Source: an uncultured Verrucomicrobiota bacterium
GTDB lineage: Bacteria; Verrucomicrobiota; Verrucomicrobiia; Limisphaerales; UBA8199
Assembly: GCA_964631605.1 (NCBI GenBank)
Contig: CAZVYG010000007.1
Coordinates: 473 to 64,472, forward strand
Reading direction: 5' to 3'
Length of the DNA: 64,000 nucleotides
Position numbers and translations under genes: made by a program. A model generated the notes under the pieces. That model had not been told where the DNA came from and did no database searches. It worked only from the letters and a program-made list of their open reading frames with translations. Shown here in pieces: positions 18,618-27,999 of the stretch. Each line of letters begins with the position of its first letter. The stretch's first letter is position 1.

Positions 18618-20396
18618 TCATTCGGCGCCCATTTTCTTCGCCCATTGATCCAGCGTTTGCCCCTCGCTGATGTGGCTGATGCCGGTTTTGCGCGCGATTT
18701 CGAGGAAGCGTTTGAGCAGCTCGGCCCGGGCGTCCCCCTCGACGCGATTGGTGGCCAGTTGCACGTACCACACCGGCAGGCGGGCAACCTGCACCCGAAA
18801 ACGGACGGCGTCATCCCCGGCGGCTTTTTCGGCTTGGGCAAGGAGGGCGTCGGCTTCACTGAGGAATTCAGGTTTGAGGTAAACCGCCCTCGGGGAATCA
18901 AAAATATGGGCGTGGACCTTCCCGTCCTGGACCTGACGGTGGAGCAGTTCGAGATAGGCGCGGATTTTCTCCGCCGCACGGCCATAGTAGGCGGACAGGA
19001 ATTCGTCCTCATGCCGCCGCAGATCGGTGTCCGGATTCCACAACAGCTTTGCCAGCAGATAAGCGCGCAGTGGACCCATTTCCCCAAAGCCGCCGGGCGA
19101 GTAGTTGCCCTGTTCGAACAGCCCCTTCACCCCGTGGGCCACGAAGAATTGGACGTTCGGCTGGATGGCGTTGAAGTTCGGAAAGGGCTGCTGGTAGTGC
19201 GCAAAGTTCGGCGTGTAATCCCACACGTAAAGCAACGGTGCCACCGGCTGCCAGGCGACGATGTCCTCCCGGAAACGGCGATTGGCTTCCGAGTCACAAC
19301 TCGCCAGCGGATGGGCAAAGCAGCATTCAATCGAGCAGAGTCGTATAATCACGTTGCTTCTCGGACGGATCGTTTTGGGCGGTTTGCGGGTATATTGATA
19401 CGCCAGCGTGTCAATGCGCACGTTCGGATGGTCCGTTTCGATATCCTGGGCGATCGTATTGACGAAGCGCAGCAGCGAAGCGCAGGGACTGCCTTCGGCG
19501 TCATCCAAGGCTTTGCAGGACTCACACTGGCACCACTTGCCGACATCGTTTTGCGATACGCTGATGATGCTTGCCTCGGGATGCTCCCGAATCCATTGCC
19601 TCACTCGTGCAATGGCCAGCTTGACGACCTCGGGGTTGGAAAGACAGCGTTGCACATACCCTCCCACGCGCTGGCCATTAATGTAAGGAAAATACTCCGG
19701 ATGCTCCTTGAAGAGATCCGGGGGCACCAAACTGTCGAAACTGTGCACAAAGGGGAAGTACACCACGCGCCGCCCGCCGTGTTTGTCCCCCAGCGGGTAA
19801 TGGTGGCCATTGAGCCGGTGCCTCGCCGCGAAATCCGCGTTGCGCATCATTTCGGTCCAGAAAACTTCCCGATATTCCAGCGCCGGAACGCGCGTTTCCC
19901 CCAAGTCAGGCAGAATGACGCGGTTGGTGCGGGGGACTTGTTCCAATTCGGGTGTAAACCAGCGCACCCCGAGCTTCTCCTCCAGCAGCGTGTAAACTCC
20001 GTAGAGTGTCCCCCGGGGTTTGCCGCCCGCAATGACCAGCCGGGGACCCCGGGTCTCGAGCGTGAATCCATCTGTCCCGAGTTTTTTCCAATCCGGCACC
20101 GCCTCGAGCTTGCGGAGATGGGCATTGTCGCCCAGCAGGATGTCATTCGTTCCCGGTGGTTCCGAATCCTTGACGATGGGCAGTTTTACGCCGGTGATTT
20201 TCTCCAGGTAACGTTGCAGCTCCTCGGCGGCGTAAGCCTCGGAGGGAATCGCCTCCGCCGCCACTACAACCCGATAACTGCTTCGGCCTTCATCCACCAG
20301 GGTGACTGCGGCATATCCGGGACGGGCGGCAGCCGCAAGCAAGAGCACTAGCGCGAGGAGTTCCAGGCCACGGGTAGGAAAATGCTGTGTCAGCAT
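18618..20396 (-). CDS. DUF4838 domain protein (GH20-like glycan-active enzyme)
   Basis: The internal ATG at 20396 gives MLTQHFPTRGLELLALVLLLAAAARPGYA. YRVVVAAEAIPSEAYAAEELQRYLEKITGVKLPIV, PRGTLYGVYTLLEEKLGVRWFTPE and the Cys cluster KWCQCESCKALDD are typical of DUF4838 proteins. Confidence 0.75.
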   Translation of the reverse strand: MLTQHFPTRGLELLALVLLLAAAARPGYAAVTLVDEGRSSYRVVVAAEAIPSEAYAAEELQRYLEKITGVKLPIVKDSEPPGTNDILLGDNAHLRKLEAVPDWKKLGTDGFTLETRGPRLVIAGGKPRGTLYGVYTLLEEKLGVRWFTPELEQVPRTNRVILPDLGETRVPALEYREVFWTEMMRNADFAARHRLNGHHYPLGDKHGGRRVVYFPFVHSFDSLVPPDLFKEHPEYFPYINGQRVGGYVQRCLSNPEVVKLAIARVRQWIREHPEASIISVSQNDVGKWCQCESCKALDDAEGSPCASLLRFVNTIAQDIETDHPNVRIDTLAYQYTRKPPKTIRPRSNVIIRLCSIECCFAHPLASCDSEANRRFREDIVAWQPVAPLLYVWDYTPNFAHYQQPFPNFNAIQPNVQFFVAHGVKGLFEQGNYSPGGFGEMGPLRAYLLAKLLWNPDTDLRRHEDEFLSAYYGRAAEKIRAYLELLHRQVQDGKVHAHIFDSPRAVYLKPEFLSEADALLAQAEKAAGDDAVRFRVQVARLPVWYVQLATNRVEGDARAELLKRFLEIARKTGISHISEGQTLDQWAKKMGAE

Positions 20397-20527
20397 GCGC
20401 GCCAGCCTGCGTCGCTCAATCCCCCTTGTAAAGCCGTAATTCAGCGCGCCCGACTCTTTGCTCCCCGCTCCGTGTTCCATGCCGGACGAATTCCAAAGAG
20501 GGTCCGTAAGGTTCTGCGGATGCGGAT

Positions 20528-21448
20528 TCACCTGGCCATGGCCCTGGCAGTTTCAACGTCGCGGGCGATTTGCCGTTGCAGCTCGGCCAGCGAAGGGAAC
20601 CGGCGCTCGTCCCTGATCCTGGACACGAACATCAGTTCCAATTCCTGGTCGTAAAGGTCGCCGCTAAAGTCCAGCAGGTGCGCCTCCACCCGTACTGGCG
20701 GTGCGGGCTGTTCGACCGTGGGGCGGGTCCCGATGTTGACCACCGCTGGATAATGGTCTCGTCCGACTTGAGCCTGGGCAAAATAGACGCCGTTGGGAGG
20801 CAGGGCCAGGCCGGTGGTCTCGAGGTTGGCGGTCGGAAACCCCAACTGGCGGCCCAGTTTGTCTCCCCGGATTACCGTTCCGGCGAGGGAATAGGCGCGG
20901 CCGAGCATCTGGCTCGCCTTATCGAGTTGACCCGCGCGAATCGCGGCGCGAATGCGGGTGCTGCTGATGGTTTGGCCGTCCAGCGCCACCGCCGCCATGC
21001 CGTGCACCTTGAAGCCCAGTTCTGCGCCCAGCTTTTTCAGCAGGGCCACGTTCCCCGAACGTTTCGCTCCAAAAACAAAATTGGCCCCCACACACAGGCT
21101 GATGACCGGCTCGAGGTCGCGGGCTAGCCGGCGGACGAATTCCTCGCCGGTTTGACGGCTGAACGCGCGGTCAAAGTGGATCAGCCACACGGCGTCCGCG
21201 CCCAGGCCCTTGATGCCGCGCAGCTTTTGCGGCAGCGAGTAAATCAGCGGCGGCACCCGGTCCGGCGCCACGATCGTGTTGGGGTGCGAATCGAACGTGA
21301 TCACCAACGACCGGGCGTTGTGCTGGCGCGCGTCGGTGACGGTTTGGCGAATGATTTGTTGATGGCCGAGATGAACACCATCAAAAAAACCGATCGCCAC
21401 ACACACCGGCCCCAGCTTCGCCTCGCTCGCGGAGTGAATCAGCCTCAT
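20528..21448 (-). CDS. ribF: bifunctional riboflavin kinase / FMN adenylyltransferase
   Basis: GFFDGVHLGHQQII (FAD synthetase HxGH), GFPTANLE and HLLDFSGDLYDQELELMFVSRIRDERRF (riboflavin kinase). Confidence 0.9.
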   Translation of the reverse strand: MRLIHSASEAKLGPVCVAIGFFDGVHLGHQQIIRQTVTDARQHNARSLVITFDSHPNTIVAPDRVPPLIYSLPQKLRGIKGLGADAVWLIHFDRAFSRQTGEEFVRRLARDLEPVISLCVGANFVFGAKRSGNVALLKKLGAELGFKVHGMAAVALDGQTISSTRIRAAIRAGQLDKASQMLGRAYSLAGTVIRGDKLGRQLGFPTANLETTGLALPPNGVYFAQAQVGRDHYPAVVNIGTRPTVEQPAPPVRVEAHLLDFSGDLYDQELELMFVSRIRDERRFPSLAELQRQIARDVETARAMAR

Positions 21449-21551
21449 ATTTCACCGGGGCCGCGCGCCTTGAAACCGGCCGGGGCCGGGTCGGCGGCGT
21501 TGCGGGCCGTCATGCCCTGCCACGGGTTGTCTTTTTCGCCTTCCATGGCTG

Positions 21552-22268
21552 TCACGCGCGGGCCAGTTTCAGGAACGGAATCACCCGCTTCTCCAGGTCG
21601 CGCGGACTCCACTTGAGGATTTCCTCGAACGGCACCGCGTCCGCAACATCGAACTTGCCCGACGCGGTTCTTCGAAGGGTCGCCAGGTGGGCGCCGCAGC
21701 CCAGTTTTTGCCCCAGTTCGTGCGCCACGCTGCGGACGTAGGTCCCCTTGGTGCACGCAATCTTGAACCAGCCCATGGGTTCCTCGTAGGCCGTAAAACG
21801 GAAACTGTAAATGTGAACCAGGCGCGGCTCGCGCTCCACTTCCACCCCCTTGCGGGCCAGTTTATAGAGCGGCACGCCGTCCTTCTTGACAGCGGAAACC
21901 ATCGGCGGCGTCTGCATCAGGTCGCCAACGAACTCCGCGGCCGCCTCGTTCAGTTGCTCAAGCGTCAGGGGCGGCACCGGCAGCGAGGCCACCAACTCGC
22001 CCGCGGCGTCATAACTGTCGGTCGTCTCTCCAAATTTCATCGTCCCCTCGTACACCTTGTCGTCGGACATCAGCCGCTCGGACAGTTTGGTTCCCCGTCC
22101 GAGCACAATGATCAGCAGCCCGGTCGCATTGGGATCGAGCGTGCCGCAATGCCCCACCTTTTTTATCCCAAATTGGCGCCGGATCACATCCACCACGTCA
22201 TGGGAGGTGGGCCCGGCCGGTTTGTCTATCAGGATCGCGCCGTCCAGCGCGGTAAATTCTTGCATCAT
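21552..22268 (-). CDS. truB: tRNA pseudouridine(55) synthase
   Basis: ILIDKPAGPTSHDVV and GHCGTLDPNATGLLIIVLGRGTKL (catalytic Asp motif). I prefer the ATG at 22268 (MMQEF) to the track start at 22343. Confidence 0.9.
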   Translation of the reverse strand: MMQEFTALDGAILIDKPAGPTSHDVVDVIRRQFGIKKVGHCGTLDPNATGLLIIVLGRGTKLSERLMSDDKVYEGTMKFGETTDSYDAAGELVASLPVPPLTLEQLNEAAAEFVGDLMQTPPMVSAVKKDGVPLYKLARKGVEVEREPRLVHIYSFRFTAYEEPMGWFKIACTKGTYVRSVAHELGQKLGCGAHLATLRRTASGKFDVADAVPFEEILKWSPRDLEKRVIPFLKLARA

Positions 22269-22391
22269 GCGTGACATCCATGCTGCCAGTTCCCCCGGCC
22301 AATGGCGAGCGCCAAAAAGTACGCGCCAAGTCCGCATGGACATGCGCCCTCACACGCTTGTCGTCCGGCCTCCGGCTTGATACGCTGGCTT

Positions 22392-23852
22392 ATGAACTTT
22401 CAATTGGACCGCCGGAGCTTTCTCAAATCCACGGCTGCGTTCGCAGCCTTCGGCCTGATGCCGCTCGGGGGGCTGGCCGCGGAGGCAACCACGCTGAACT
22501 GTTGTTCGCGCAAAAAGAAGCCCGCCCGGCTTCGAGGCGCGTTCTTTTATCCGCCGGCAGAGGTGGTGCTGGCCGGGCGCAACGAGGATTCCTGGAGCCA
22601 GCACGAGTGGTTCACGTGGCCGGGCAACCAGTTCCAGCCGGAACGGCAGCAGGCGAAATTCCTGGCCAAACTGCGCGAGATCACGGCCGGCCTGGACCTC
22701 TCGCTCGCCCTCGAGGAAAAACCGATCTATACCGACGCCGCCATCCGCGAATTCATCAACAGCCTCGCAGACGACCGTCCGGATGCGCTTCTCTTATTCA
22801 ATTTCTGGAACAGCTTCAGCGCCAAGCTGCGGCCCATCCTGGACGCCTGGAAAGGCCCGATCATTCTCTACCACCCGGTGGGAGCCAATCACCAGTTGCC
22901 GCCCGAATACTTTCGCACCGCGCCGCGGCTGCAATACATCCATTCGATTGAGAACTGGGAGAGCCTTGAGCGCGGCTTGAGGGCGGTCCACGCGATGACC
23001 CGCCTGGGCCAGAGTCGGCTCCTGCGGGTGTCCGGCCGGACCCAAAAGGAGAGCGACGCGGTCGAACCCTGCTTCGGATTGCCCATCCACACCGTGCCCG
23101 CCGACCAGTTCAACCAGATTTACGACGATACCGTCGTCACGCGCGATATGGAACGGCTGGCGCGGTTGGTGCGACGCAACGCGCGCCGCGTGACGGATCT
23201 GGCGGATGAGGCCTTCCAGGATGCGGTGCGGGCGCACCTGGCGGTGCAGGAGATCATGAACCGGCACCAGGCTGATGCCATTACCATCGAATGCCTCTTC
23301 CTCAAACATCGCAAACCGTGCCTGAGCTTTGCCCTGAACAACGGCAACCTGGTCCCTTGCGGCTGTGAGAACGATCTCAACGCCACCCTGACTCTCATGC
23401 TCGGGGCCTGTTGTTTTGGGCGGGGCGGTTTCCAGCACAACCCGGAATTTGACACCGAACAGAACCTCTACTTCGCCTCGCACTGCACCTGCACCACCCG
23501 CTTGCACGGTCCGCGCGGGAAGGAGGCCACCTACGACCTGCGCCCGTTTTTCCATCAAATGCCAAAAACCCTGGCCCTGGACGTCCAATGGCCGGCCGGC
23601 GAAACCGTCACGCTCTGCAAATACCAATCCGGCAAAAACCTGCTCGACGCGTGGCAGGGCCGGGTGGTGTCTTCGCCCGCCTGTCCGCCCACCGGCGGAT
23701 GCGCAACGCGGGTTCTTGTCAAGTTGGAAGACGTCAAGGATGTTTGCTCGGTCTATGCGGGGCCGCATCCGATCCTCTACTGCGGGGGCTGGGCGGGCCA
23801 CCTCAAGACCCTGGCCCGACTTTACGGCTTGGAAATCAAGACCAACGTCTGA
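22392..23852 (+). CDS. TAT-signal protein of unknown function, possibly sugar-isomerase-like (FucI/AraA-like fold)
   Basis: The internal ATG at 22392 gives MNFQLDRRSFLKSTAAFAAFGLMPLGGLAAE, a twin-arginine signal. CGCENDLNATLTLML loosely resembles the metal-site segment of the fucose/arabinose isomerase superfamily. The functional call is weak. Confidence 0.5.
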   Translation: MNFQLDRRSFLKSTAAFAAFGLMPLGGLAAEATTLNCCSRKKKPARLRGAFFYPPAEVVLAGRNEDSWSQHEWFTWPGNQFQPERQQAKFLAKLREITAGLDLSLALEEKPIYTDAAIREFINSLADDRPDALLLFNFWNSFSAKLRPILDAWKGPIILYHPVGANHQLPPEYFRTAPRLQYIHSIENWESLERGLRAVHAMTRLGQSRLLRVSGRTQKESDAVEPCFGLPIHTVPADQFNQIYDDTVVTRDMERLARLVRRNARRVTDLADEAFQDAVRAHLAVQEIMNRHQADAITIECLFLKHRKPCLSFALNNGNLVPCGCENDLNATLTLMLGACCFGRGGFQHNPEFDTEQNLYFASHCTCTTRLHGPRGKEATYDLRPFFHQMPKTLALDVQWPAGETVTLCKYQSGKNLLDAWQGRVVSSPACPPTGGCATRVLVKLEDVKDVCSVYAGPHPILYCGGWAGHLKTLARLYGLEIKTNV

Positions 23853-23860
23853 CGGGCGGC

Positions 23861-24511
23861 TCAACCGTTTTCGAGCGCCTCCTGGACAAAATAGTTGGTG
23901 CGCCGCTCCTCCCCCAGCGTGGTGACCGGTCCGTGGCCGCCCAATAATTTGGTTTCCGCCGGCAACTGCATGACCCGACGAATGGACGCTTCCAGGTCCG
24001 CGTGACAGGAATCCGGCAGGTCCGTTCGCCCCACCGACCCGCCGATGATAAGGTCTCCGCCCACCAGCACCCCTTCGCCGGGAAGGTAATAGGCCACGTG
24101 ACCCGAGGAATGGCCCGGCGTATGCAGCACCTGAACCTTGAGGGCCCCGATGAACAGTTCCTGGTTGTCCGTGACGTGCTGGTCCGCCCGGCGCGGAGGA
24201 ATGGAAAAGGGCAGGCCGAACATCCCCGTCTGCAAATCTGGATTCAGCAGTTTGGGCGCGTCCAGGGCATGGATCAGAACGCGCGCCGTGGGGCACTCTC
24301 TGGTGACCACGGCGTGGTCGGCGAAATGGTCGAAATGTCCGTGCGTCAGCCACAGCCCGATGAGGGTCCACCCCCGCCGCTTGACTTCAGCCAGCAAGGG
24401 CTCGGTCGTATGATCCGGCCCGTCAAACAACACCGCTTCGTTGCGCGTTTCGTCAGCGATAAGGAAGCAGTTGGTCATCGCGACACCGCCAGTCTGACTC
24501 AAGATTATCAT
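23861..24511 (-). CDS. MBL-fold metallo-hydrolase (glyoxalase II-like)
   Basis: LWLTHGHFDHFADH (HxHxDH), TPGHSSGH, GGDLIIGGSVGRTD. The start was moved to the ATG at 24511 (MIILSQTGG). Confidence 0.85.
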   Translation of the reverse strand: MIILSQTGGVAMTNCFLIADETRNEAVLFDGPDHTTEPLLAEVKRRGWTLIGLWLTHGHFDHFADHAVVTRECPTARVLIHALDAPKLLNPDLQTGMFGLPFSIPPRRADQHVTDNQELFIGALKVQVLHTPGHSSGHVAYYLPGEGVLVGGDLIIGGSVGRTDLPDSCHADLEASIRRVMQLPAETKLLGGHGPVTTLGEERRTNYFVQEALENG

Positions 24512-24753
24512 GAACTTCAGTTTACACGGCCTGCACCGGGGCAAAAAGTCGGAATCTGCGAAATTCGCCAACTTTACCCGGCGACCTGCAGCGGCACGGT
24601 CCACTCGCCTTGCCCCCCGACAAGTGCCCAGATTCAGTCAACCTCTGGTGGAGATTCCGCGGCGCCGACGACGGGGCCATGAACTTGCCTTGAACCAGCG
24701 GTCCGGACTGGCAAAGAGCGGGCCTCCCGGGCTACATTGGCGCCACGAAATTC

Positions 24754-25449
24754 ATGTCATCCTGTGTAAGATTGATCCTTGCCACTCGCAACCGGCACAA
24801 AGTCGTGGAAATCCAGACCATTCTTGGCGGGAGTTTCCTGTGCGCCAGCATGGCGGAATACCCCGGCGCTCCGCTGGCGCCGGAGGACGCCGGCTCCTTT
24901 GCCGGGAATGCGACACAGAAGGCGGTGTTGCTGGCAAAGTGGCTTTCAAGTCAAGTTGCGGCGGGCGCAAGTTCCAATGATCGGGTTTATGTGCTGGCGG
25001 ACGATTCCGGGCTCGAGGTGGATGCGTTGCACGCGGCGCCGGGCGTTCACTCGGCCCGGTTCGCGGCCCTCGAGGGAAACGCTGGAAACAGCGGCGACGC
25101 GGACAACAATGCCAAGCTGCTGAGGTTGCTCAAGGAGGTTCCGTGGGAGAGGCGAACGGCGCGGTTCAGATGCGTGCTGGCGCTGACGCCCGTCAGGGAA
25201 GCCGGCGGGCACGCGGCCTCGCCGGTTTGCGGCCTGGACGAGTTTGAAATCGCGACCCGGTTGTTTGAGGGCCGCTGTGAGGGGCGGATTGGATTCGAGC
25301 CAAAGGGTGCCGGTGGCTTCGGCTATGATCCGTTGTTTATTCCCGAGGGATATGACGCGACTTTCGCCGAATTGGGGGAGGAGATAAAGAACGGCCTCAG
25401 CCATCGCGCCCGGGCGCTGGCGGCTTTGAAAGCCGCCCTTCAGGCTTGA
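24754..25449 (+). CDS. rdgB: non-canonical purine NTP pyrophosphatase (RdgB/HAM1)
   Basis: LILATRNRHKVVEI, LADDSGLEVDAL, GFGYDPLFIPEGYDATFAELGEEIKNGLSHRARA. Confidence 0.85.
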   Translation: MSSCVRLILATRNRHKVVEIQTILGGSFLCASMAEYPGAPLAPEDAGSFAGNATQKAVLLAKWLSSQVAAGASSNDRVYVLADDSGLEVDALHAAPGVHSARFAALEGNAGNSGDADNNAKLLRLLKEVPWERRTARFRCVLALTPVREAGGHAASPVCGLDEFEIATRLFEGRCEGRIGFEPKGAGGFGYDPLFIPEGYDATFAELGEEIKNGLSHRARALAALKAALQA

Positions 25450-25540
25450 GTCGCGGTGCTTTTTCGGGCAGAATGAGAATCAGTGCACGCCGGGTTGCGC
25501 CCCTGAGGAAAGGGCGCTCTGACGGCAATCAAGATACGTT

Positions 25541-26725
25541 ATGAGCCGAAGAATCGGGTGGGGAACAGCGGTTTTTCTCGGAGCAATTCTGGTCTGCGTT
25601 TTGCCAGGCCGAACCCTTGGGCAGACCAACGGCATTTTCGCCGACTTCACCACCAGCCTGGGGAGTTTCACCTGCCAGTTGGATTACACCAACGCGCCGA
25701 AAGCGGTGGCGAACTTTATCGGGCTGGCGACAGGGCAGCGGGCCTGGCTGGACCTGCCAACGGGCCGGGTTCGCACCAACACGTTTTACAACGGTCTGAC
25801 CTTCCACCGCGTGATTGCCAATTTCATGATCCAGGGTGGATCTCCCAACGGCCAGGGCAACGACGGCCCCGGCTACGTCTTCCAGGACGAGTTTCATCCT
25901 TCCCTCACCTTCAGCGATTTTGGGGTCCTGGCCATGGCCAATAGCGGCACCAACTCAAACGGGTCCCAGTTTTTTATTACCGTCGCCAGCACCCCCTGGC
26001 TCAACAACGTGCACACCATTTTTGGACGCGTCACCTCCGGGTCGAACGTGGTTTATGCCATCAGCCGCGTGGCGACGGGCGCCAACGACAAGCCCTTGAC
26101 GAACGTGGTGATTCAGCAGGTGGCGATTCGGCGGGTCGGCTCGGCCGCGCAGGCGTTTAATGTCCATGGCCAGGGCTTGCCGACTGTGACCAACCTGGCG
26201 CTCCGAATCAACCCGGCAGGGAGTGACATCCTCCTCAGCTTCACCAACCGCCTCCATGCCGACAACCGCCTGTATGTTTCAACCAACCTGAGCGGTTGGA
26301 GTGGGTTGGAATTAGGGCTCGAGCTGGGCCCGACCTTCACCAACAGCCTGCGCCGGCCGCGGACCGGCTGTGAATTCTTTCGGATGGCCCAGATTCAATA
26401 TCCCGCTTCGACGCTGGCCCCGCGCGCCGTGACGAACCGGGTCTTGACCCTGAATTTCGGAGGGGGTTCGGGCACAATCGTCATTACCTTCGACGCGACG
26501 GGAGGCGGCACTTACACTTATACGGCCGGGTCACCGGGTGTCATCACCGCCTACGACTGGCATCAGGAGCCCTACGCCGGACGCCTGTGGCCCATCTACT
26601 ATTCCGCCTTGGTACCCATGACGCTGCGACTTGGGTTCGCTTCCACAACCGGCGGGACCTTCAGCGGAACCGCTTATGGAACCAGCGCCTTCCCTGTTTC
26701 CGGCAGCTTCACTCTCGGACCATAG
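25541..26725 (+). CDS. secreted cyclophilin-type peptidyl-prolyl isomerase with a C-terminal extension of about 200 aa
   Basis: FHRVIANFMIQGGSP, LAMANSGTNSNGSQFFIT, HTIFGRV. There is a signal peptide at the N-terminus. The extension carries a WSG..FFRM module like those in other secreted proteins here. Confidence 0.85.
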   Translation: MSRRIGWGTAVFLGAILVCVLPGRTLGQTNGIFADFTTSLGSFTCQLDYTNAPKAVANFIGLATGQRAWLDLPTGRVRTNTFYNGLTFHRVIANFMIQGGSPNGQGNDGPGYVFQDEFHPSLTFSDFGVLAMANSGTNSNGSQFFITVASTPWLNNVHTIFGRVTSGSNVVYAISRVATGANDKPLTNVVIQQVAIRRVGSAAQAFNVHGQGLPTVTNLALRINPAGSDILLSFTNRLHADNRLYVSTNLSGWSGLELGLELGPTFTNSLRRPRTGCEFFRMAQIQYPASTLAPRAVTNRVLTLNFGGGSGTIVITFDATGGGTYTYTAGSPGVITAYDWHQEPYAGRLWPIYYSALVPMTLRLGFASTTGGTFSGTAYGTSAFPVSGSFTLGP

Positions 26726-26726
26726 C

Positions 26727-26768
26727 CCAAAAAGAAAGCCTGCCCCCGTTGGGGAACGGGCGGCAGGC
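26727..26768 (-). terminator. intrinsic terminator after asd (hairpin also usable from the + strand)
   Basis: 13-bp GC-rich stem 26738-26768 (GCCTGCC CCCGTT / GGGG loop / AACGGG C GGCAGGC). On the minus strand it is followed by CTTTCTTTTT. It lies between the convergent cyclophilin and asd genes. Confidence 0.6.
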
Positions 26769-26815
26769 CGTGACGTTCGGGGCGGGCGACCGCCTCGCAG
26801 TGATCGGCGCCCGGG

Positions 26816-27820
26816 CTATTTCAGCAGTTCCTCCGCGATCTGGACGGCGTTAAGCGCGGCGCCTTTGAGGAGCTGATCCCCGCTGATCCAGAAGCACAGG
26901 CCGTTGTCCATCGCGCAATCCTTGCGCAATCGGCCGACCGCGCAATCGTATTGCTCAGCCTGGTAAAGGGGCAGGGGATACTGATTCCTCGCGGGTTCGT
27001 CCACGACCTGAAGACCGGGAGCTTTGCGCAGCACTTCGCGCGCGGCTTCAACCGTCACCGGTTTCTCAAACTCGGCGCTGACCGCCACGGAATGGGCGCG
27101 GTAAACCGGCACCCGCACGCAGGTCACACTGGCCCGGAACGTGGGATGGTGCATGATTTTGCGTCCCTCGTTCTCCATCTTCATCTCCTCCTTGGTGTAG
27201 CCGGAGGGCAGAAAGGAATCCACGTGCGGCAACACGTTGAAAGCGATTTGATGGGGATAAACCTCCCGGGTAACCGGCTGGCCCTTGACAATTTGGCCCA
27301 CCTGCCGTTCCAGTTCGAGAATCGCCTTGGCGCCCGTGCCGGAAACCGCCTGGTAACTGGAGGCAAAGATGCGTTTGCAAAAGAACGCCTGGTGCAACGG
27401 GTAAAGCGCCATCAAGGTGATCGCGGTGGTGCAGTTGGGGTTGGCAATGATTCCCTTGTGCCATTTCACATCCGCAGCGTTGATTTCGGGCACGACCAGC
27501 GGAACCTTGTCGTCCATCCGGAACGCGCTCGAGTTGTCCACCACCACACATCCCGCTTGAACCGCCGCCGGGGCGTATTCCTTGGAAATGCTGCCGCCCG
27601 CGCTGAACAGCGCGATGTCAATGCCGCCGAAGGACGTTTTAGTCAGCTCCTGCACCGTGATGTCCTCGCCCCGAAACTTGAGTTTCTTGCCCACCGAACG
27701 AGCGGAGGCGAGCAGCGTCAACTTCCCGACCGGGAAATTGCGCTTTTCCAAGGTCTTGATCATCTCGATGCCGACGGCGCCCGTCGCACCGACCACGGCC
27801 ACATGCGGTCTGCTATTCAT
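26816..27820 (-). CDS. asd: aspartate-semialdehyde dehydrogenase
   Basis: VAVVGATGAVGIEMIKTL and IIANPNCTTAITLMALYPLH (active-site Cys), 334 aa, full length. Confidence 0.9.
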   Translation of the reverse strand: MNSRPHVAVVGATGAVGIEMIKTLEKRNFPVGKLTLLASARSVGKKLKFRGEDITVQELTKTSFGGIDIALFSAGGSISKEYAPAAVQAGCVVVDNSSAFRMDDKVPLVVPEINAADVKWHKGIIANPNCTTAITLMALYPLHQAFFCKRIFASSYQAVSGTGAKAILELERQVGQIVKGQPVTREVYPHQIAFNVLPHVDSFLPSGYTKEEMKMENEGRKIMHHPTFRASVTCVRVPVYRAHSVAVSAEFEKPVTVEAAREVLRKAPGLQVVDEPARNQYPLPLYQAEQYDCAVGRLRKDCAMDNGLCFWISGDQLLKGAALNAVQIAEELLK

Positions 27821-27831
27821 AAGAGCCGCAA

Positions 27832-27861
27832 AATATAGGTGCGCGGGGCGGTCGGTGTCAA
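27832..27861 (-). promoter_or_regulatory. candidate sigma-70-type promoter of asd (very short leader)
   Basis: On the minus strand: TTGACA (27861-27856), an 18-nt spacer, then TATATT (27837-27832). The asd ATG is at 27820, which implies a leader of only a few nt. Confidence 0.35.
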
Positions 27862-27999
27862 TCCAACTGATGCGAAAACGAAGCCCTCATTACGCTTGAC
27901 GCTCCGGCGCCCCCGGGCTGCCTCCGCGCGACTCGAAAGGCCCGGTCCGAGGCGCGAGAACGGGCAGGTTCCTGGGCCGGGACCCCGGAGGGACAGGGA

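Noticed and set aside
18564-20351. 595-aa ORF on the plus strand
   Set aside because: It is antisense to the DUF4838 gene, whose translation has a signal peptide and family motifs. A shadow ORF.
22794-24371. 525-aa ORF on the minus strand
   Set aside because: It is antisense to 22392..23852 and runs across the MBL hydrolase gene in another frame. No recognisable domain, and the composition is typical of off-frame GC-rich translation.
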